Below, piece after piece: positions 9,556-20,687 of a stretch of 64,000 nt of DNA. Within the stretch, counting starts at the first letter, position 1. Every line of letters begins with the position of its first letter. A program made the translations under genes and the position numbers. The notes beneath the pieces were generated by a model. It was not told the origin of the DNA. It was given only the letters and a program-made list of their open reading frames with translations, and ran no database searches. Where the stretch lies: assembly GCA_036918135.1 (NCBI GenBank), contig JBALDB010000047.1:20129-84128 (forward strand), in the 5' to 3' direction. Origin of the DNA: Nostoc sp. Its GTDB lineage: Bacteria; Cyanobacteriota; Cyanobacteriia; Cyanobacteriales; Nostocaceae.

Positions 9556-11316
9556 TTAAATTTCAATATCAACGGTAAACTTCCTTAAATTATCTTGTCG
9601 CCACTTTGCATCAGCTTTGCGATTTGTCTGCAACTCCAAAACCCGAATACGTGTAGTTGGAAGCGGGTTTAATTTTTGCTGTAACTGCTGCCAAGAAGTA
9701 ATCAATTCATGCTGCACATTATAAGTAGCACATAACTGAGCAAAATCAATATCTTGGGGAGTGCCAAAAAACTCTTCAAATGGTGGTTCAAATTTGGCGA
9801 TGGGTAACATTTCAAAAATTCCACCGCCATTATTGTTGATTAACACAATCGTGAGATGCCCAATAAATTTATTGCGGATTAAAAAACCGTTGGTGTCATG
9901 CAACAAAGCTAAATCTCCTGTTAACATCACACTACTTTGCTGGCGATGGGCAATTCCTAAAGCTGTGGATAATGTGCCATCAATACCATTTGCACCCCGG
10001 TTAAAGTACGATCGCACTCTTAAATTATTCGGTTTCCAGAAATATTCCACATCCCGCACAGGCATACTATTGGCAATAAACAGAGCCGTTCTTGGCGGTA
10101 AAATCTGAGAAATTAACCAAGCTGCTTTACTCTCAATTATTTCATCTATTTTCGCCATCGTCTGGTCAACAACTAACCTGACTTTAGCTTCCGCATTACA
10201 CCATTGCTGCAAATAGTCTGATGAGAAAGATAAATTTCTCTCCTCTGCCTTTACGTCTTCTACAGATATCCGTAAATGTGTTGTCTTCCCGTGCAAAGGG
10301 TCGAGGTTTTGGTCACTCTTGTCAATTATCCAGCGTTGTGGCTGGGTTGCATCTATCCAGGTACGCAGTTCTTTACTTGTAGGCATTTCACCAACCTGAA
10401 TCACCATTTTAGGTGCTAGCTGTTTGGCTAATTGTTGATTTCGTAAAATTAGGTCATAAGTAGAAATCAAATAAGGGTTGAGTTCGGCATAATTTCTCAC
10501 TGGGGAGAGTCCCTCAGCTAGCACGGGCCATTTGAGAGTTTGGGAAAGTTGGGCGATCGCCTGACAATACTCCTGTGGTTGCTGCGGTTGGGCTACACCT
10601 GCAATAATAATGCCGCGATCGCATTGTTTCCATTGTTGGGGAATAAGGAATCGGGCATGGGGCATGGAGAATGAAGTGGTGCTTGTTATTTGTGCGAAAA
10701 AGTCTTCTGGGTGAAACTGTGATTGCAAATAGCTCAAGTCAGTTCCATCAGGAAGAGGCGCTAAGGGATCGCGAAAGGGAATATTCAGATGTACTGGGCC
10801 TTTTGTAGGAATTTGCGCTCTTTCCCAGCTATAAATTACTATTTGCCGCAGGTAAGCCAACATTCCCATCTCAGCAGAGGGCAAGGCTAACTCGGCTTGC
10901 CAATTTGGGTAGTTACTATATAATCTCAACTGGTCTATGGTTTGCCCAGAGTGACAATCTTGCAATTCTGGCGGTCTATCGCTCGTTAAAATCAACAGTG
11001 GTACGCGGCTATATGCAGCTTCAATTACTGCTGGATAAAAGTTCGCTCCTGCTGTACCAGAGGTGCAAACAACTACCACAGGGCGTCCGGTTGCTTTAGC
11101 TTGTCCTAAGGCAAAAAAGGCGGCGGAGCGTTCGTCAAGCACGGAAATTGCTTCAATCTCAGGTGCTTGTTGAGCAAAGGCCACTGCTAGCGGTGTAGAA
11201 CGCGAACCAGGACAAATGATGGCACAAGTCAATCCCAGCTGCTTTAGGGTCTCTGTTAAGATATAAGCCCAAAGTTGATTAATATTTTTAAAGGCGATCG
11301 GCATCAAATCAAACAT
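9556..11316 (-). CDS. menD: SEPHCHC synthase (ThDP-dependent); start may be 11304
   Basis: PGSRSTPL, DERSAAFFALG, TSGTAGANF, NRGANGIDG, GDLALLHD...NNNGGGIF. Confidence 0.97.
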   Translation of the reverse strand: MFDLMPIAFKNINQLWAYILTETLKQLGLTCAIICPGSRSTPLAVAFAQQAPEIEAISVLDERSAAFFALGQAKATGRPVVVVCTSGTAGANFYPAVIEAAYSRVPLLILTSDRPPELQDCHSGQTIDQLRLYSNYPNWQAELALPSAEMGMLAYLRQIVIYSWERAQIPTKGPVHLNIPFRDPLAPLPDGTDLSYLQSQFHPEDFFAQITSTTSFSMPHARFLIPQQWKQCDRGIIIAGVAQPQQPQEYCQAIAQLSQTLKWPVLAEGLSPVRNYAELNPYLISTYDLILRNQQLAKQLAPKMVIQVGEMPTSKELRTWIDATQPQRWIIDKSDQNLDPLHGKTTHLRISVEDVKAEERNLSFSSDYLQQWCNAEAKVRLVVDQTMAKIDEIIESKAAWLISQILPPRTALFIANSMPVRDVEYFWKPNNLRVRSYFNRGANGIDGTLSTALGIAHRQQSSVMLTGDLALLHDTNGFLIRNKFIGHLTIVLINNNGGGIFEMLPIAKFEPPFEEFFGTPQDIDFAQLCATYNVQHELITSWQQLQQKLNPLPTTRIRVLELQTNRKADAKWRQDNLRKFTVDIEI

Positions 11317-11630
11317 AGCTATAAAACAATCTTAAATTTTAGATTTTATTTAGGGAAATTCAATTTAAAATCCGTCTGGGAAAGTTGGACAAGCAAAAGT
11401 CTAAGGCTCGGTTTTTGACCTTTGGAGGTTCAAAAGCAGCTTTTCTTGAGGGTGGGTTGCAAGTTCATCCTCGCATTTGTAAGGATAGAAACCGACACTG
11501 CCAGGCAAGTTTGTTGGCAATAAAATTTCCAGACAGACTAGCTTGACGCCAGTTGATTCAACTTGGGGAAAGTCCATAACGCAGTGACTAGACTTTCTAC
11601 AATATGCACACAATTTGTTCTCAAATTTTT

Positions 11631-11999
11631 ATGGATTGCATTTATTTAACAGGAATTCGCTGCTATGGCTACACTGGGTATCTGCCAGAAGAACAGGTGC
11701 TAGGACAATGGTTTGAGGTGGATGTGAGGTTATGGTTGGATATCTCCACAGCTGCTAAGACTGACGCGATCGAAGACACTTTAGATTATCGCAGCGTTAT
11801 TAGTTTGATACAACATTTGGTCAAAACTTCTAAGTTCGCTTTGATAGAGAAGCTAGTAACAACGCTCGCAGATTCTATCCTCCAACAGTACGATCGCATA
11901 ACACAAGTTCAAGTCAGTCTCAGCAAACCTAGCGCACCAATTCCAGACTTTGGGGGCAAAATTACCATTGAACTGACTAAAAGTAAGTCCAATCTCTAA
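11631..11999 (+). CDS. folB: Dihydroneopterin aldolase
   Basis: MDCIYLTGIRCYGYTGYLPEEQVLGQWFEVD...TLDY...LIE...KPSAP. Confidence 0.93.
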   Translation: MDCIYLTGIRCYGYTGYLPEEQVLGQWFEVDVRLWLDISTAAKTDAIEDTLDYRSVISLIQHLVKTSKFALIEKLVTTLADSILQQYDRITQVQVSLSKPSAPIPDFGGKITIELTKSKSNL

Positions 12000-12617
12000 A
12001 CCACAAAGTGTGTTTTCGCGATCGAGATTTATAAATTAGCAAAAATAGGGGTTTAGCTGGAGCAGGGAAATATCTAACAAAGAAAATTTTTCCTCCCATT
12101 TATTCCCCCAAACCGCATTCGTTCTCAAAAACCTAAAACAAAATTGAGCGCAGTATAAAGCCGAGGCAATTTTAAATCCTTTTGAATCCCAATCTTAAAT
12201 CATTCATGTTTTAATTCTCATTCCTGACTGCTTAAAAGTTAATATTCCCTAACTCAACTTCAGAAGGAGAAAATCAGAAATTAATGTCTTATGAATTTAT
12301 CAAATTTTATTCTTGATTAATTTTTAGATAAATACTATACTATTTGTTTATCATTTTTTTCTAGATAATTATTCCATATTTCTGAAGAACAATTTTTGAT
12401 TATTGCTAATTGAGATTTAACATAAATCGTAGCTTGATATTAGCTGTATTTTCTAGTCAAATTAGCCTTAGGAAGCACAGAAATTATTGCAGGTAAATAA
12501 CATGTTGTCTGCTATTTAGCTAGGTATTGAGAGATTGTTTATGATATGATTATCGAATTTTAGATCGAGTTGATAGTAACAACAAAATCTCAACCTTAGC
12601 AAACAGGCTATTGTAAC

Positions 12618-13895
12618 ATGCTCGCCCGCAAAATCCTAGTTGTTGAGGATGAAAAAACCCAAGCCTCAAATATCAGAAAAAGCTTACAAAAATTAGGCTA
12701 TTCTGTTTCAGATATAACTGAGTCTGGTGAAGAAGCTATAAAAAAGGTAGCAGAAACTCATCCAAGTTTAGTATTAATTGATATCTGCCTAGCTGTGGAA
12801 ATTAACGGTATGCAACTTGCAGATATTATCCAGAATAATTTTCATGTGCCTGTAGTCTATCTCATAGACCGTTATGAATATAAAATATTACAAAAAAGTC
12901 AGCTAAGTGAGCCTTTTACCTACATATTCAAACCACTTATTGAGAGTGATTTACATTTTGTAATTGAAATGGCTCTGCATAAACATCAGAGTGAAAAGAG
13001 ATTACAGGAAGAAAAACAGAGGCTGACAGCAATTATTAACAGTATGGGTCGTGGCGTAATTGTGACATATGCAAATGGTCGTATTCAAATGATGAATCCA
13101 ATAGCAGAAATTCTTACTGGATGGAAACAAAGCGAAGCCTTCGGTAAAAATTTACTAGAAGTTGTCAGCTTAGTTGACAAAGATATAGGAGAAGCAATTG
13201 AAATAGTCACACCTGTAATCGAAGCAGGTGAAGTTTTCAATCTACCAGAAAATTGTACGCTAATTAACAAAGATGGAAAAGAAATACCGATTGGGGATAA
13301 TGTTGCACCTATCCGCGATCGCAATGGCAATATTACTGGTGCAGTTTTAGTTTTTCAAGACATTACCCAACGTAAGCAGACAGAAGCAAAACTGATCCGT
13401 AATGCATTTTATGATGGACTAACAGAATTACCGAATCGTGTTTTATTTCTAGACCGACTCCGACAAGCTATTGAACGCGGTAAACGTAAAAGCGATTATT
13501 ATTTTGGAGTTTTGTTTTTGGATTTAGATAACTTCAAAGAGATTAACGATCGCTTTGGGCATGGAGTAGGGGATGATTTTTTAAAAGCGATCGCTAGACG
13601 TTTAGAGTCATGCTTACGCAGTGGCGATACTGTAGCACGGTTTGGTGGTGATGAGTTTACCGTTCTTTTAGAGGATATTAAAGATGTTAATGACGCTACT
13701 AATGTTGCCAAACGTATTCAAGACTCCTTAAGATTACCCCTTAGCCTCAATGGAAATCAATTATATACTACAGCCAGCATTGGTATTGCTTGGAATTGTA
13801 GTAATTATGAAGAACCTGCAACTCTGCTACAAGATGCTGATGTTGCTATGTATCGAGCTAAGCGACAAGGAAAAGCTACTTACGCAATATTTTAG
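12618..13895 (+). CDS. REC-PAS-GGDEF diguanylate cyclase
   Basis: N-terminal receiver, PAS/PAC (APIRD..GAVLVFQDIT), DGLTELPNR, RSGD I-site and GGDEF. Confidence 0.92.
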   Translation: MLARKILVVEDEKTQASNIRKSLQKLGYSVSDITESGEEAIKKVAETHPSLVLIDICLAVEINGMQLADIIQNNFHVPVVYLIDRYEYKILQKSQLSEPFTYIFKPLIESDLHFVIEMALHKHQSEKRLQEEKQRLTAIINSMGRGVIVTYANGRIQMMNPIAEILTGWKQSEAFGKNLLEVVSLVDKDIGEAIEIVTPVIEAGEVFNLPENCTLINKDGKEIPIGDNVAPIRDRNGNITGAVLVFQDITQRKQTEAKLIRNAFYDGLTELPNRVLFLDRLRQAIERGKRKSDYYFGVLFLDLDNFKEINDRFGHGVGDDFLKAIARRLESCLRSGDTVARFGGDEFTVLLEDIKDVNDATNVAKRIQDSLRLPLSLNGNQLYTTASIGIAWNCSNYEEPATLLQDADVAMYRAKRQGKATYAIF

Positions 13896-14010
13896 TAATC
13901 TACAATAATTCTTTTGGGATCGATACGCTTGGTATTAGTCTCAAAAATCATAAACTGGGAAGGTGAGTTTAACTAACACATCTGGGGAGCATCCCAATTT
14001 AAAATCTGTC

Positions 14011-14568
14011 ATGGAAAAAACCGAAAAACAGAAAATGCTCGCAGGCGAGTTATATTTTGCAGAAGATCCCGAATTAGCTGCCGAAAATAAGCGAGCTAGT
14101 CGTTTGTTGCAAAAGTACAATTCTACAACTGAAGAACAGCAACAACGACACCAAATTTTGCAGGAATTATTCGGAAAAATTGGTCATAAAATAACAGTTA
14201 TACCACCTTTTCACTGTGACTATGGCAGTAATATTTTCGCTGGCGATAGATTATATTTAAATTATGGGTGTGTAATTTTAGACTGTAATATAGTTCAGAT
14301 TGGCGATAGTGTCTTATGCGCTCCTTACGTACAAATTTATACTGCTTATCACCCTACAGAGCCGGAACTTCGCCTTACTGGTAGAGAACTAGCAGCTCCA
14401 ATTAAAATTGGTAATAATGTCTGGATTGGTGGTAGTGCAATTATTTGTCCAGGTGTAACTATTGGTGATAACACAACCATTGGTGCTGGAAGTGTAGTTA
14501 CTAAAGATATACCTGAAAATGTTATTGCTGCTGGCAATCCTTGTCGCGTGATTCGGAATTTATCCTAG
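14011..14568 (+). CDS. Sugar O-acetyltransferase (maltose acetyltransferase family)
   Basis: EKQKMLAGELY, PPFHCDYGSNI, hexapeptide repeats, AGNPCRVI. Confidence 0.92.
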   Translation: MEKTEKQKMLAGELYFAEDPELAAENKRASRLLQKYNSTTEEQQQRHQILQELFGKIGHKITVIPPFHCDYGSNIFAGDRLYLNYGCVILDCNIVQIGDSVLCAPYVQIYTAYHPTEPELRLTGRELAAPIKIGNNVWIGGSAIICPGVTIGDNTTIGAGSVVTKDIPENVIAAGNPCRVIRNLS

Positions 14569-14571
14569 AAT

Positions 14572-14955
14572 TTAAAATTTATACCCTCTAGCAATCCAAT
14601 AGAGCCAATCTGCGATCGCTTCTTGAGTTTCAGTGTCAGCATCAATGGCTACTATTTCCGATAACTTGGCAGAATACACATCATCATCTTTACCATTAAC
14701 ATCAGCCACTTCAACAAACATGTCTTTTAAGCACTCATCATCAGGTGCCATTCCTAGTACTTCAACTTGTTTTTCCTCCGGCGTCGTAGCTGATTTGCGC
14801 CCCTTCTTAGTCCATTTAGCCATAAATGGAAAATTCAGAGTTTCTTCTAGATAGTAGTACCAACCCATAGCCCGGTCTTCTTTGTCTTCGGCATCTACAA
14901 CGATCTCTGTTTGAATGCGATGCTCTCGTTTTTCGTCAGGTTCAACACTAGGCAT
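14572..14955 (-). CDS. ccbP: Calcium-binding protein CcbP
   Basis: MPSVEPDEKREHRIQTEIVVDAEDKEDRAMGWYYYL...EAIADWLYWIARGYKF closely resembles Anabaena CcbP as recalled. Confidence 0.9.
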   Translation of the reverse strand: MPSVEPDEKREHRIQTEIVVDAEDKEDRAMGWYYYLEETLNFPFMAKWTKKGRKSATTPEEKQVEVLGMAPDDECLKDMFVEVADVNGKDDDVYSAKLSEIVAIDADTETQEAIADWLYWIARGYKF

Positions 14956-16265
14956 AAAACAACGGTTTGCGTATGATGCACTATATGGTATATCCTTTTG
15001 GCGACTGTCTGTCAATTATTCTAATTGATACTTCCATCCAAAAAAGGCGGTAGCGGGTGTGGGTAAGGATTTAGCAATGCTGAGGGAACGCTAAGAAATA
15101 AATTATCCTGTTTGAAGTTGCTGACTGATGACTGGGAACAGTGAGATATTTTTTTATTTGTCAGTCCCTAAAATTATTAAAAAATCCATTTCATCTGACT
15201 TTTGACTTTCAAGAGTCAGTTGCTACCCTCAGAGAACGCTAAAGCCCAACAAGTCGGCTCAAGTCAAGAAATGCACCTACGGTGCTGTCTTTCCAATACA
15301 CTGGCTGCTTTTTACTTCTGTCTTAGAGTACTAGTAGTGGGTATGGTAATCAACTGTTAGACATCGTTTCATTTCTTAACCTAAACTTCTCAATAAATTA
15401 AAGATAAAACTTATTTTTAATTACATTACAATCGGAGGCTGAGAGCTAAGTAATAGTAAGTCGGTATTATTAAACGTAACTATATTTTTATAATTTTCTA
15501 GAGCTTAAAGGCTTAGTATCAACCTTGATGCTTAATTATCAAAAGTGGTGTTTGTTTTTAACCTGATAACTAATTTTAGATTTTTATCTATATACATTAA
15601 TAAATGTTATTAAATTGATGGTTGCTTCATTTAAACTTTAAAATTAACATTATTTTGCCGATCGCAGGCTAATTTATCAGCAGCGATCCCCAACTTTTAA
15701 GATAAAGTTGGTAATTTAATCAGAGAATTAAAAAAATATGGTAGTGTATAAAAAGAATTGGAAAGTATCTATAAATGTTGATGCAAACTCATCGTAAAAT
15801 TGACTCACCCATTTGATAAGCAGCTATTTAAATGCTTATCTAAATTGTTTATTATCTAGAAATATTTAGAATTTTAAATCGGTGAATTTATAGGACTTAG
15901 AGACCCCAACTTCATAATTTTAATAAAATTAAACAGGCGTAATACTCTCAAAATTATAGGGATTCTGACTCTTTGAACTTCTGAGCGGCGGCTTCCACCA
16001 CTCAGAGTTATTTCTAAATTATGACGCTTTTTTAATGTGTGATTAAATTAATAATCAAGTTTGATTCTATTTTCAAAGAATAAATTTGATTGCTAATTCA
16101 AGATGAAATAAATTTGATAAATCTGATAAATGAAGAGAATAAAGAAAAATCTCAAAATACAGACAATATCTGAAAAAAACCAAATATAATCTAAATTTAC
16201 AGAAAATTTTTCAACACAAAATGGTTGAATTATTTGAAAGCAAACACATAAAATCAGGAGGATCT

Positions 16266-16949
16266 ATGCGTTTTTCTCACCTTGCAGCAATCATTGGTTG
16301 TACGACAGCAGCTTTTATATCGATTGCACCTATACAAGTAGAAGCTGCAACTTTTAAAATAGAATCTGGAGTCACCAGCATCGATCGCGACCATGAAGAT
16401 ATTCTCAAAAGTATCGGGCTAATCATCACAGACACTGAGAATACAGTCCCACCAATTCCTAGCAATTATTTAGTTGGCTTGCCAATCGATTCAGATACCA
16501 ATTTCACCTTCAGCGACGAAGGTGGTTTTACTCCACTCTTTGGCTCAATCGAGCATACTGGCACTATTACCTTCAACGACCAAATGACTGTTGGTAACTT
16601 TTCAATTGGTTTTGCTCCCGGACGCACAGTCCCCAATGCCAGCGGACTTGTTTTAAGAGACACAGTTTCTCCCCTTAATCCGATTTTGTTTGACTTAGGC
16701 GCTCCGCAATCTGTGACATTTGATAAAGAGAATTTAACTTTAACTCTGGCTGATGTTCAATTGTTTATTTCTCCAGAGTTTGCTCAGGGACTTGGCAAGT
16801 CTAATTTGGCAGGTTTGTTTGCTGGAACTGCACGAATTGATGCTAAAGTTGCTGCCGTACCCGAACCTGGAAGTGCCTTAGCAACTTTAGCGGCGGGTGC
16901 GGCTCTGTTAGCAGCGAGATTTTGTACTCAAAAAACTAAATACATTTGA
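16266..16949 (+). CDS. Secreted PEP-CTERM sorting-domain protein
   Basis: AGGAGG RBS before ATG 16266, signal peptide, C-terminal VPEPGS + hydrophobic helix + basic tail. Confidence 0.85.
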   Translation: MRFSHLAAIIGCTTAAFISIAPIQVEAATFKIESGVTSIDRDHEDILKSIGLIITDTENTVPPIPSNYLVGLPIDSDTNFTFSDEGGFTPLFGSIEHTGTITFNDQMTVGNFSIGFAPGRTVPNASGLVLRDTVSPLNPILFDLGAPQSVTFDKENLTLTLADVQLFISPEFAQGLGKSNLAGLFAGTARIDAKVAAVPEPGSALATLAAGAALLAARFCTQKTKYI

Positions 16950-18477
16950 TATCCTCAAGCATATCTAGATGCTTGTTAATAGGTGCAAGGGTATTGGCGG
17001 CAATCATCCCACTAGCGGCAACTGCTGGTAAACCAATACCCGGAAATGTCGAGTCTCCACAGCACAATAGCCCTGGTAGGGGAGTAGTGGGGCCAGGAAA
17101 TATACCAGAACCAGCTGCAATTGCTGGGCCGTATGAGCCTTGGTGACGACGCAGAAAACGCTCGTGGGTTAGAGGTGTACCAACAAGTGTGACTTCGCAA
17201 CGAGAGCGAATATCTGGAATAATCCGCTCTAGCGCTTGCCACATTACTTCTGCACGCGATCGCTTTTGTTCGGTATATTCTTGGCTTTTTCTATTCATCC
17301 CCTGCCAAATAGCGTATGGCTCATTCCCCGGAGTATAAACGTGAATTACATGCTTACCTGGTGGTGCGAGGGATGAATCGAGAGTTGAAGGAATTGATAT
17401 CACCACCATATTTTGAGGTGCTATTACCCCCGCTTCCCAATTATTCACCACGACGTAATGACATTGTAAATTTGTCTGTAATCCTTGGGCGTCAATACCT
17501 AAATGCAGATGCATGAAACTATCACACTCAGGCGTTGCCTGTCGTTTAGCGCGGAACTTTTTTGATACTGCATTTTCTGGTAACAGCTTTAACGTGTTCC
17601 AAACCGATGCATTAGAAATTACTGCTTTCCGGGCGCGGATTTCTTGGCGATCGCCAAGACGCACACCCACCGCTCGATTACCTTCTACCAGCACTTGCTC
17701 GACATGTGCGCCCAGTTTCAACTGACCACCGTGACGCTGCAATCCTTGTACAAGAGCGTCAACTAAAGCACCACTACCACCAATCGGATAGTCAAGCACC
17801 GCCCCTGGTTTATACCAGTCGGCAAACATAAATGCTACTTCTGCGGCAATAGTGCCATCTGCTGGCAGTCCAGAAAGCAGAAAACATAGCAAATTCAGCC
17901 AATTTTGGATAAATTGGTCTTTGACAACACCATCCATAATCCGGCTGAAAGGCCCAGTCAGCTTGATGATACTGCCAATATGTTTTGCTAGAGTTGGGGC
18001 AAATCGTCCTACAGTTTGCACCGCACCCAAATCAAAGCGTAATGCTGTCGGCGACATAGCCGTTGCTGCACTCGCCAGTGGTTCCATAACTCGCTGGAGT
18101 TGCTGCCATTCGGCTACAGCATTACGACCACGCAACTTCAGCAACACTTCACAAAATTGCTCAGCCCCAACTGATGCGTCAAAATAACCTTCTGGCAAGA
18201 AACAACCCCAAGTATCGTAGGTTACACACGGTAATTCCGAGCCAATGGCATCTAAGACTTGGCGCAGGGGGTTTGTAGAGGAACCCGAAGACAGTCCAGA
18301 GTAGAGAGATGGGCCAGACTCAAACTTGAAACCATTGCACTCAAAAGCGTGGGCGGCACCACCAGGTATGGAATGACTTTCACAAACTATCACATCAAAC
18401 CCATACCGTGCCAAAAGAGCAGCACAACTTAAACCGCCAATACCGCTACCGATGACAACTACATCTGTGTTTTGCAT
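16936..18477 (-). CDS. Phytoene desaturase/carotenoid isomerase-like FAD oxidoreductase
   Basis: GSGIGG dinucleotide motif, SGPSL, GTPLTHERFL, GDSTFPGIGLPAVAASG. Confidence 0.88.
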   Translation of the reverse strand: MQNTDVVVIGSGIGGLSCAALLARYGFDVIVCESHSIPGGAAHAFECNGFKFESGPSLYSGLSSGSSTNPLRQVLDAIGSELPCVTYDTWGCFLPEGYFDASVGAEQFCEVLLKLRGRNAVAEWQQLQRVMEPLASAATAMSPTALRFDLGAVQTVGRFAPTLAKHIGSIIKLTGPFSRIMDGVVKDQFIQNWLNLLCFLLSGLPADGTIAAEVAFMFADWYKPGAVLDYPIGGSGALVDALVQGLQRHGGQLKLGAHVEQVLVEGNRAVGVRLGDRQEIRARKAVISNASVWNTLKLLPENAVSKKFRAKRQATPECDSFMHLHLGIDAQGLQTNLQCHYVVVNNWEAGVIAPQNMVVISIPSTLDSSLAPPGKHVIHVYTPGNEPYAIWQGMNRKSQEYTEQKRSRAEVMWQALERIIPDIRSRCEVTLVGTPLTHERFLRRHQGSYGPAIAAGSGIFPGPTTPLPGLLCCGDSTFPGIGLPAVAASGMIAANTLAPINKHLDMLEDIKCI

Positions 18478-18648
18478 ATCCTATGTTTGCAACGATGGCT
18501 CTTAAGATTTGTTAAGCGATATTTGGCAGTATAGCTTGTTCTGGCGATCGTCATAAAAGTTTGGTGACAGTCTCACTTGCTAAGGTCAGCGCTAGAAATT
18601 AGTACATTGTTGAGTTTATACTACTTATAGTATGACTTCCGGTAGGAT

Positions 18649-18873
18649 ATGGCTAAAATTTCTATTTCGCTGCCAGATGAATTATTAACTTACATCGACC
18701 AAAAAGTTGAAAACCGCAGTGCCCTAATTGAAAATCTCTTGAAACAATGGAAACAACAACAAGAAGATAACGCACTAGCAATAGCTTGTTCTCTGGTGGA
18801 TGAACTGGAATTAGGTTGGGAGAGTGAATGGCAGAACGTAGCGATTACCGATTGGGAAACATCTGGATCGTAA
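18649..18873 (+). CDS. Ribbon-helix-helix (CopG-like) antitoxin
   Basis: MAKISISLPDELL...NRSALI; overlaps the toxin start. Confidence 0.82.
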   Translation: MAKISISLPDELLTYIDQKVENRSALIENLLKQWKQQQEDNALAIACSLVDELELGWESEWQNVAITDWETSGS

Positions 18874-19190
18874 CTTTCGATCCATCTTTAGGTACTGAGA
18901 TTCGTAAAACACGGCCAGCATTGGTAGTTTCTGGTACTGTATTTAATGCCCAGCGAACTAAGGTGACCGTTTTACCTTTTACATCAGCACGACCAGATGA
19001 TTCTCGGATTTCGCCTGCGGTGGTTGCAGTACCTTCATCAGCGCAAAATGGCTTGTCTGTAGATAGTCTTTTAGTATGTGTTGAACCAATGACCTTTGAC
19101 AAAATGCGTTTGATTCAACGATTGGGCGAATTAGAAACAGAACTACTACAACAGGCGCAAAGCATTTTGCGTCAATATCTGAAACTGTAG
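18828..19190 (+). CDS. mazF: PemK/MazF family toxin
   Basis: GNIWIVTFDPSLGTEIRKTRPALVVS...VTVLPFTS. Confidence 0.9.
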   Translation: MAERSDYRLGNIWIVTFDPSLGTEIRKTRPALVVSGTVFNAQRTKVTVLPFTSARPDDSRISPAVVAVPSSAQNGLSVDSLLVCVEPMTFDKMRLIQRLGELETELLQQAQSILRQYLKL

Positions 19191-19203
19191 GCTAAAAATC
19201 AGC

Positions 19204-20130
19204 ATGAGCATTATCGTTTTTGGCAGCATTAATATAGACTTGGTAGCCACAGCACCCCGGTTACCAGTCAGTGGAGAAACGTTGCTCGGAGAAGATTTTT
19301 TTCAAGTTTCGGGAGGTAAAGGGGCTAATCAAGCTGTAGCACTAGCCAAATTGGGAATTCCTGTCCAAATGGTAGGGCGTGTTGGTGCAGACAGTTTTGG
19401 TGTAAAACTTGTCAATAATTTGCAAGCCTCTGGCGTGCAGACAAACAATGTTTTTGTTGATAAAACTGTTAGTTCTGGAGTAGCCATCATCACCGTTAGT
19501 CAGACTGGAGAAAATCAAATTGTTGTGATTCCTGGTGCAAATGGCCGCGTCAATCGAGAAGATGTGCAACGATTATCTCACTTATTATCAGAAGCTACAG
19601 CACTGCTTTTACAATTAGAAATTCCGATTCCTGCTGTGGTTGCAGCAGCGAAAGCAGCAACAAGTGCAAATATTAAAGTCATTCTTGACCCCGCACCCGC
19701 ACTATCTGATTTACCTGCTGAACTTTATCCATTGGTAGACATTATCACACCAAATGAAGTTGAGGCTGGGCAGTTGGTGGGTTTTGCTGTGGATGGAGAA
19801 GAAACAGCAGCCAAGGCGGCTGAGATTTTATTGCAACGGGGAGTGAAATGTGCGATCGTCAAACTGGGTGCTAAGGGTGTTTTTTGTGCAACTCTTCAAG
19901 AAAAGTTTTTTGTACCCGCCTTTAGAGTTCATGTAGTTGACACAGTAGCCGCTGGGGACGCTTTTAATGGCGGTTTAGCTGCGGCACTTTTTGAAGGAAT
20001 ACCTTTACACCAAGCAGTTGTTTGGGGTACAGCAGCAGGTGCATTAGCCGCGACAAAACCAGGCGCACAAACTTCACTACCGGATAGGTTGACGTTTGAT
20101 GCTTTTCTCAAGCAAAAAGATAAAAGTTAA
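19204..20130 (+). CDS. rbsK: Ribokinase
   Basis: GSINID, GGKGANQAVA, PNEVEA, DTVAAGDAFNG. Confidence 0.93.
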   Translation: MSIIVFGSINIDLVATAPRLPVSGETLLGEDFFQVSGGKGANQAVALAKLGIPVQMVGRVGADSFGVKLVNNLQASGVQTNNVFVDKTVSSGVAIITVSQTGENQIVVIPGANGRVNREDVQRLSHLLSEATALLLQLEIPIPAVVAAAKAATSANIKVILDPAPALSDLPAELYPLVDIITPNEVEAGQLVGFAVDGEETAAKAAEILLQRGVKCAIVKLGAKGVFCATLQEKFFVPAFRVHVVDTVAAGDAFNGGLAAALFEGIPLHQAVVWGTAAGALAATKPGAQTSLPDRLTFDAFLKQKDKS

Positions 20131-20207
20131 AAGTAAAAAGAGTATTAGGTATAGTGACTCTTTTAAAAGTCAAAGGCATACTCAAAGAGCGATCGCAATT
20201 TATCATT

Positions 20208-20416
20208 TACAGCAGTTTGCAAGTAAATGAGGTACAAATGCAGGACTTAAAATTAGATATAAAAAGTTTCTACCTCCAGCATAGCTGCCTCCTAGTCACT
20301 GAGCGTACCCCTACTCTTAAGCAAGCTACGCGTAGCGTCTCTTAGAGAAGCCGAAGTGTGCCTCCGACTTCAAAAACCCGTAGGCTTTGTACTTCATGCA
20401 AAAGAAAACTGCTGTA
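20208..20416. mobile_element. MITE (copy 1) carrying nested small repeats
   Basis: Termini TACAGCAGTTT...AAACTGCTGTA; homologous to 61134-61273. Confidence 0.75.
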
Positions 20417-20492
20417 TTTAATCACCTCAAATCCAGTTTTGTAGTTTTATAAAGTGTGTTATACCGCTCTCTTTCATACTTAAAATACAGGA

Positions 20493-20524
20493 TGGTGCGT
20501 TAGGACTAATATCCGTAACGCACC
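20493..20524. repeat. REP-like palindrome
   Basis: GGTGCGTTA-ggactaatatccg-TAACGCACC. Confidence 0.6.
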
Positions 20525-20596
20525 CTACCATCTGAATCCCCCGTTATAAAGATTTCTGAATTCTGGATTTTTCTTCAAAATCCGAAATTGGTATTA

Positions 20597-20684
20597 ATAT
20601 CAAGTTCGGATAATCACTTACTATCCAAAACTCTCTGCGTCCCCGCGTCAATCCTAATGATAAGTCTTTAACCGAACCTGATAT
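20597..20684. mobile_element. MITE-like element
   Basis: TIR ATATCAAGTTCGG / CCGAACCTGATAT; the same end recurs near 52290-52305. Confidence 0.6.
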
Positions 20685-20687
20685 AAC

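Noticed and set aside
12618..13895. Truncated GGDEF-EAL pseudogene
   Set aside because: The GGDEF domain is complete and no EAL remnant follows; REC-PAS-GGDEF is a normal architecture.
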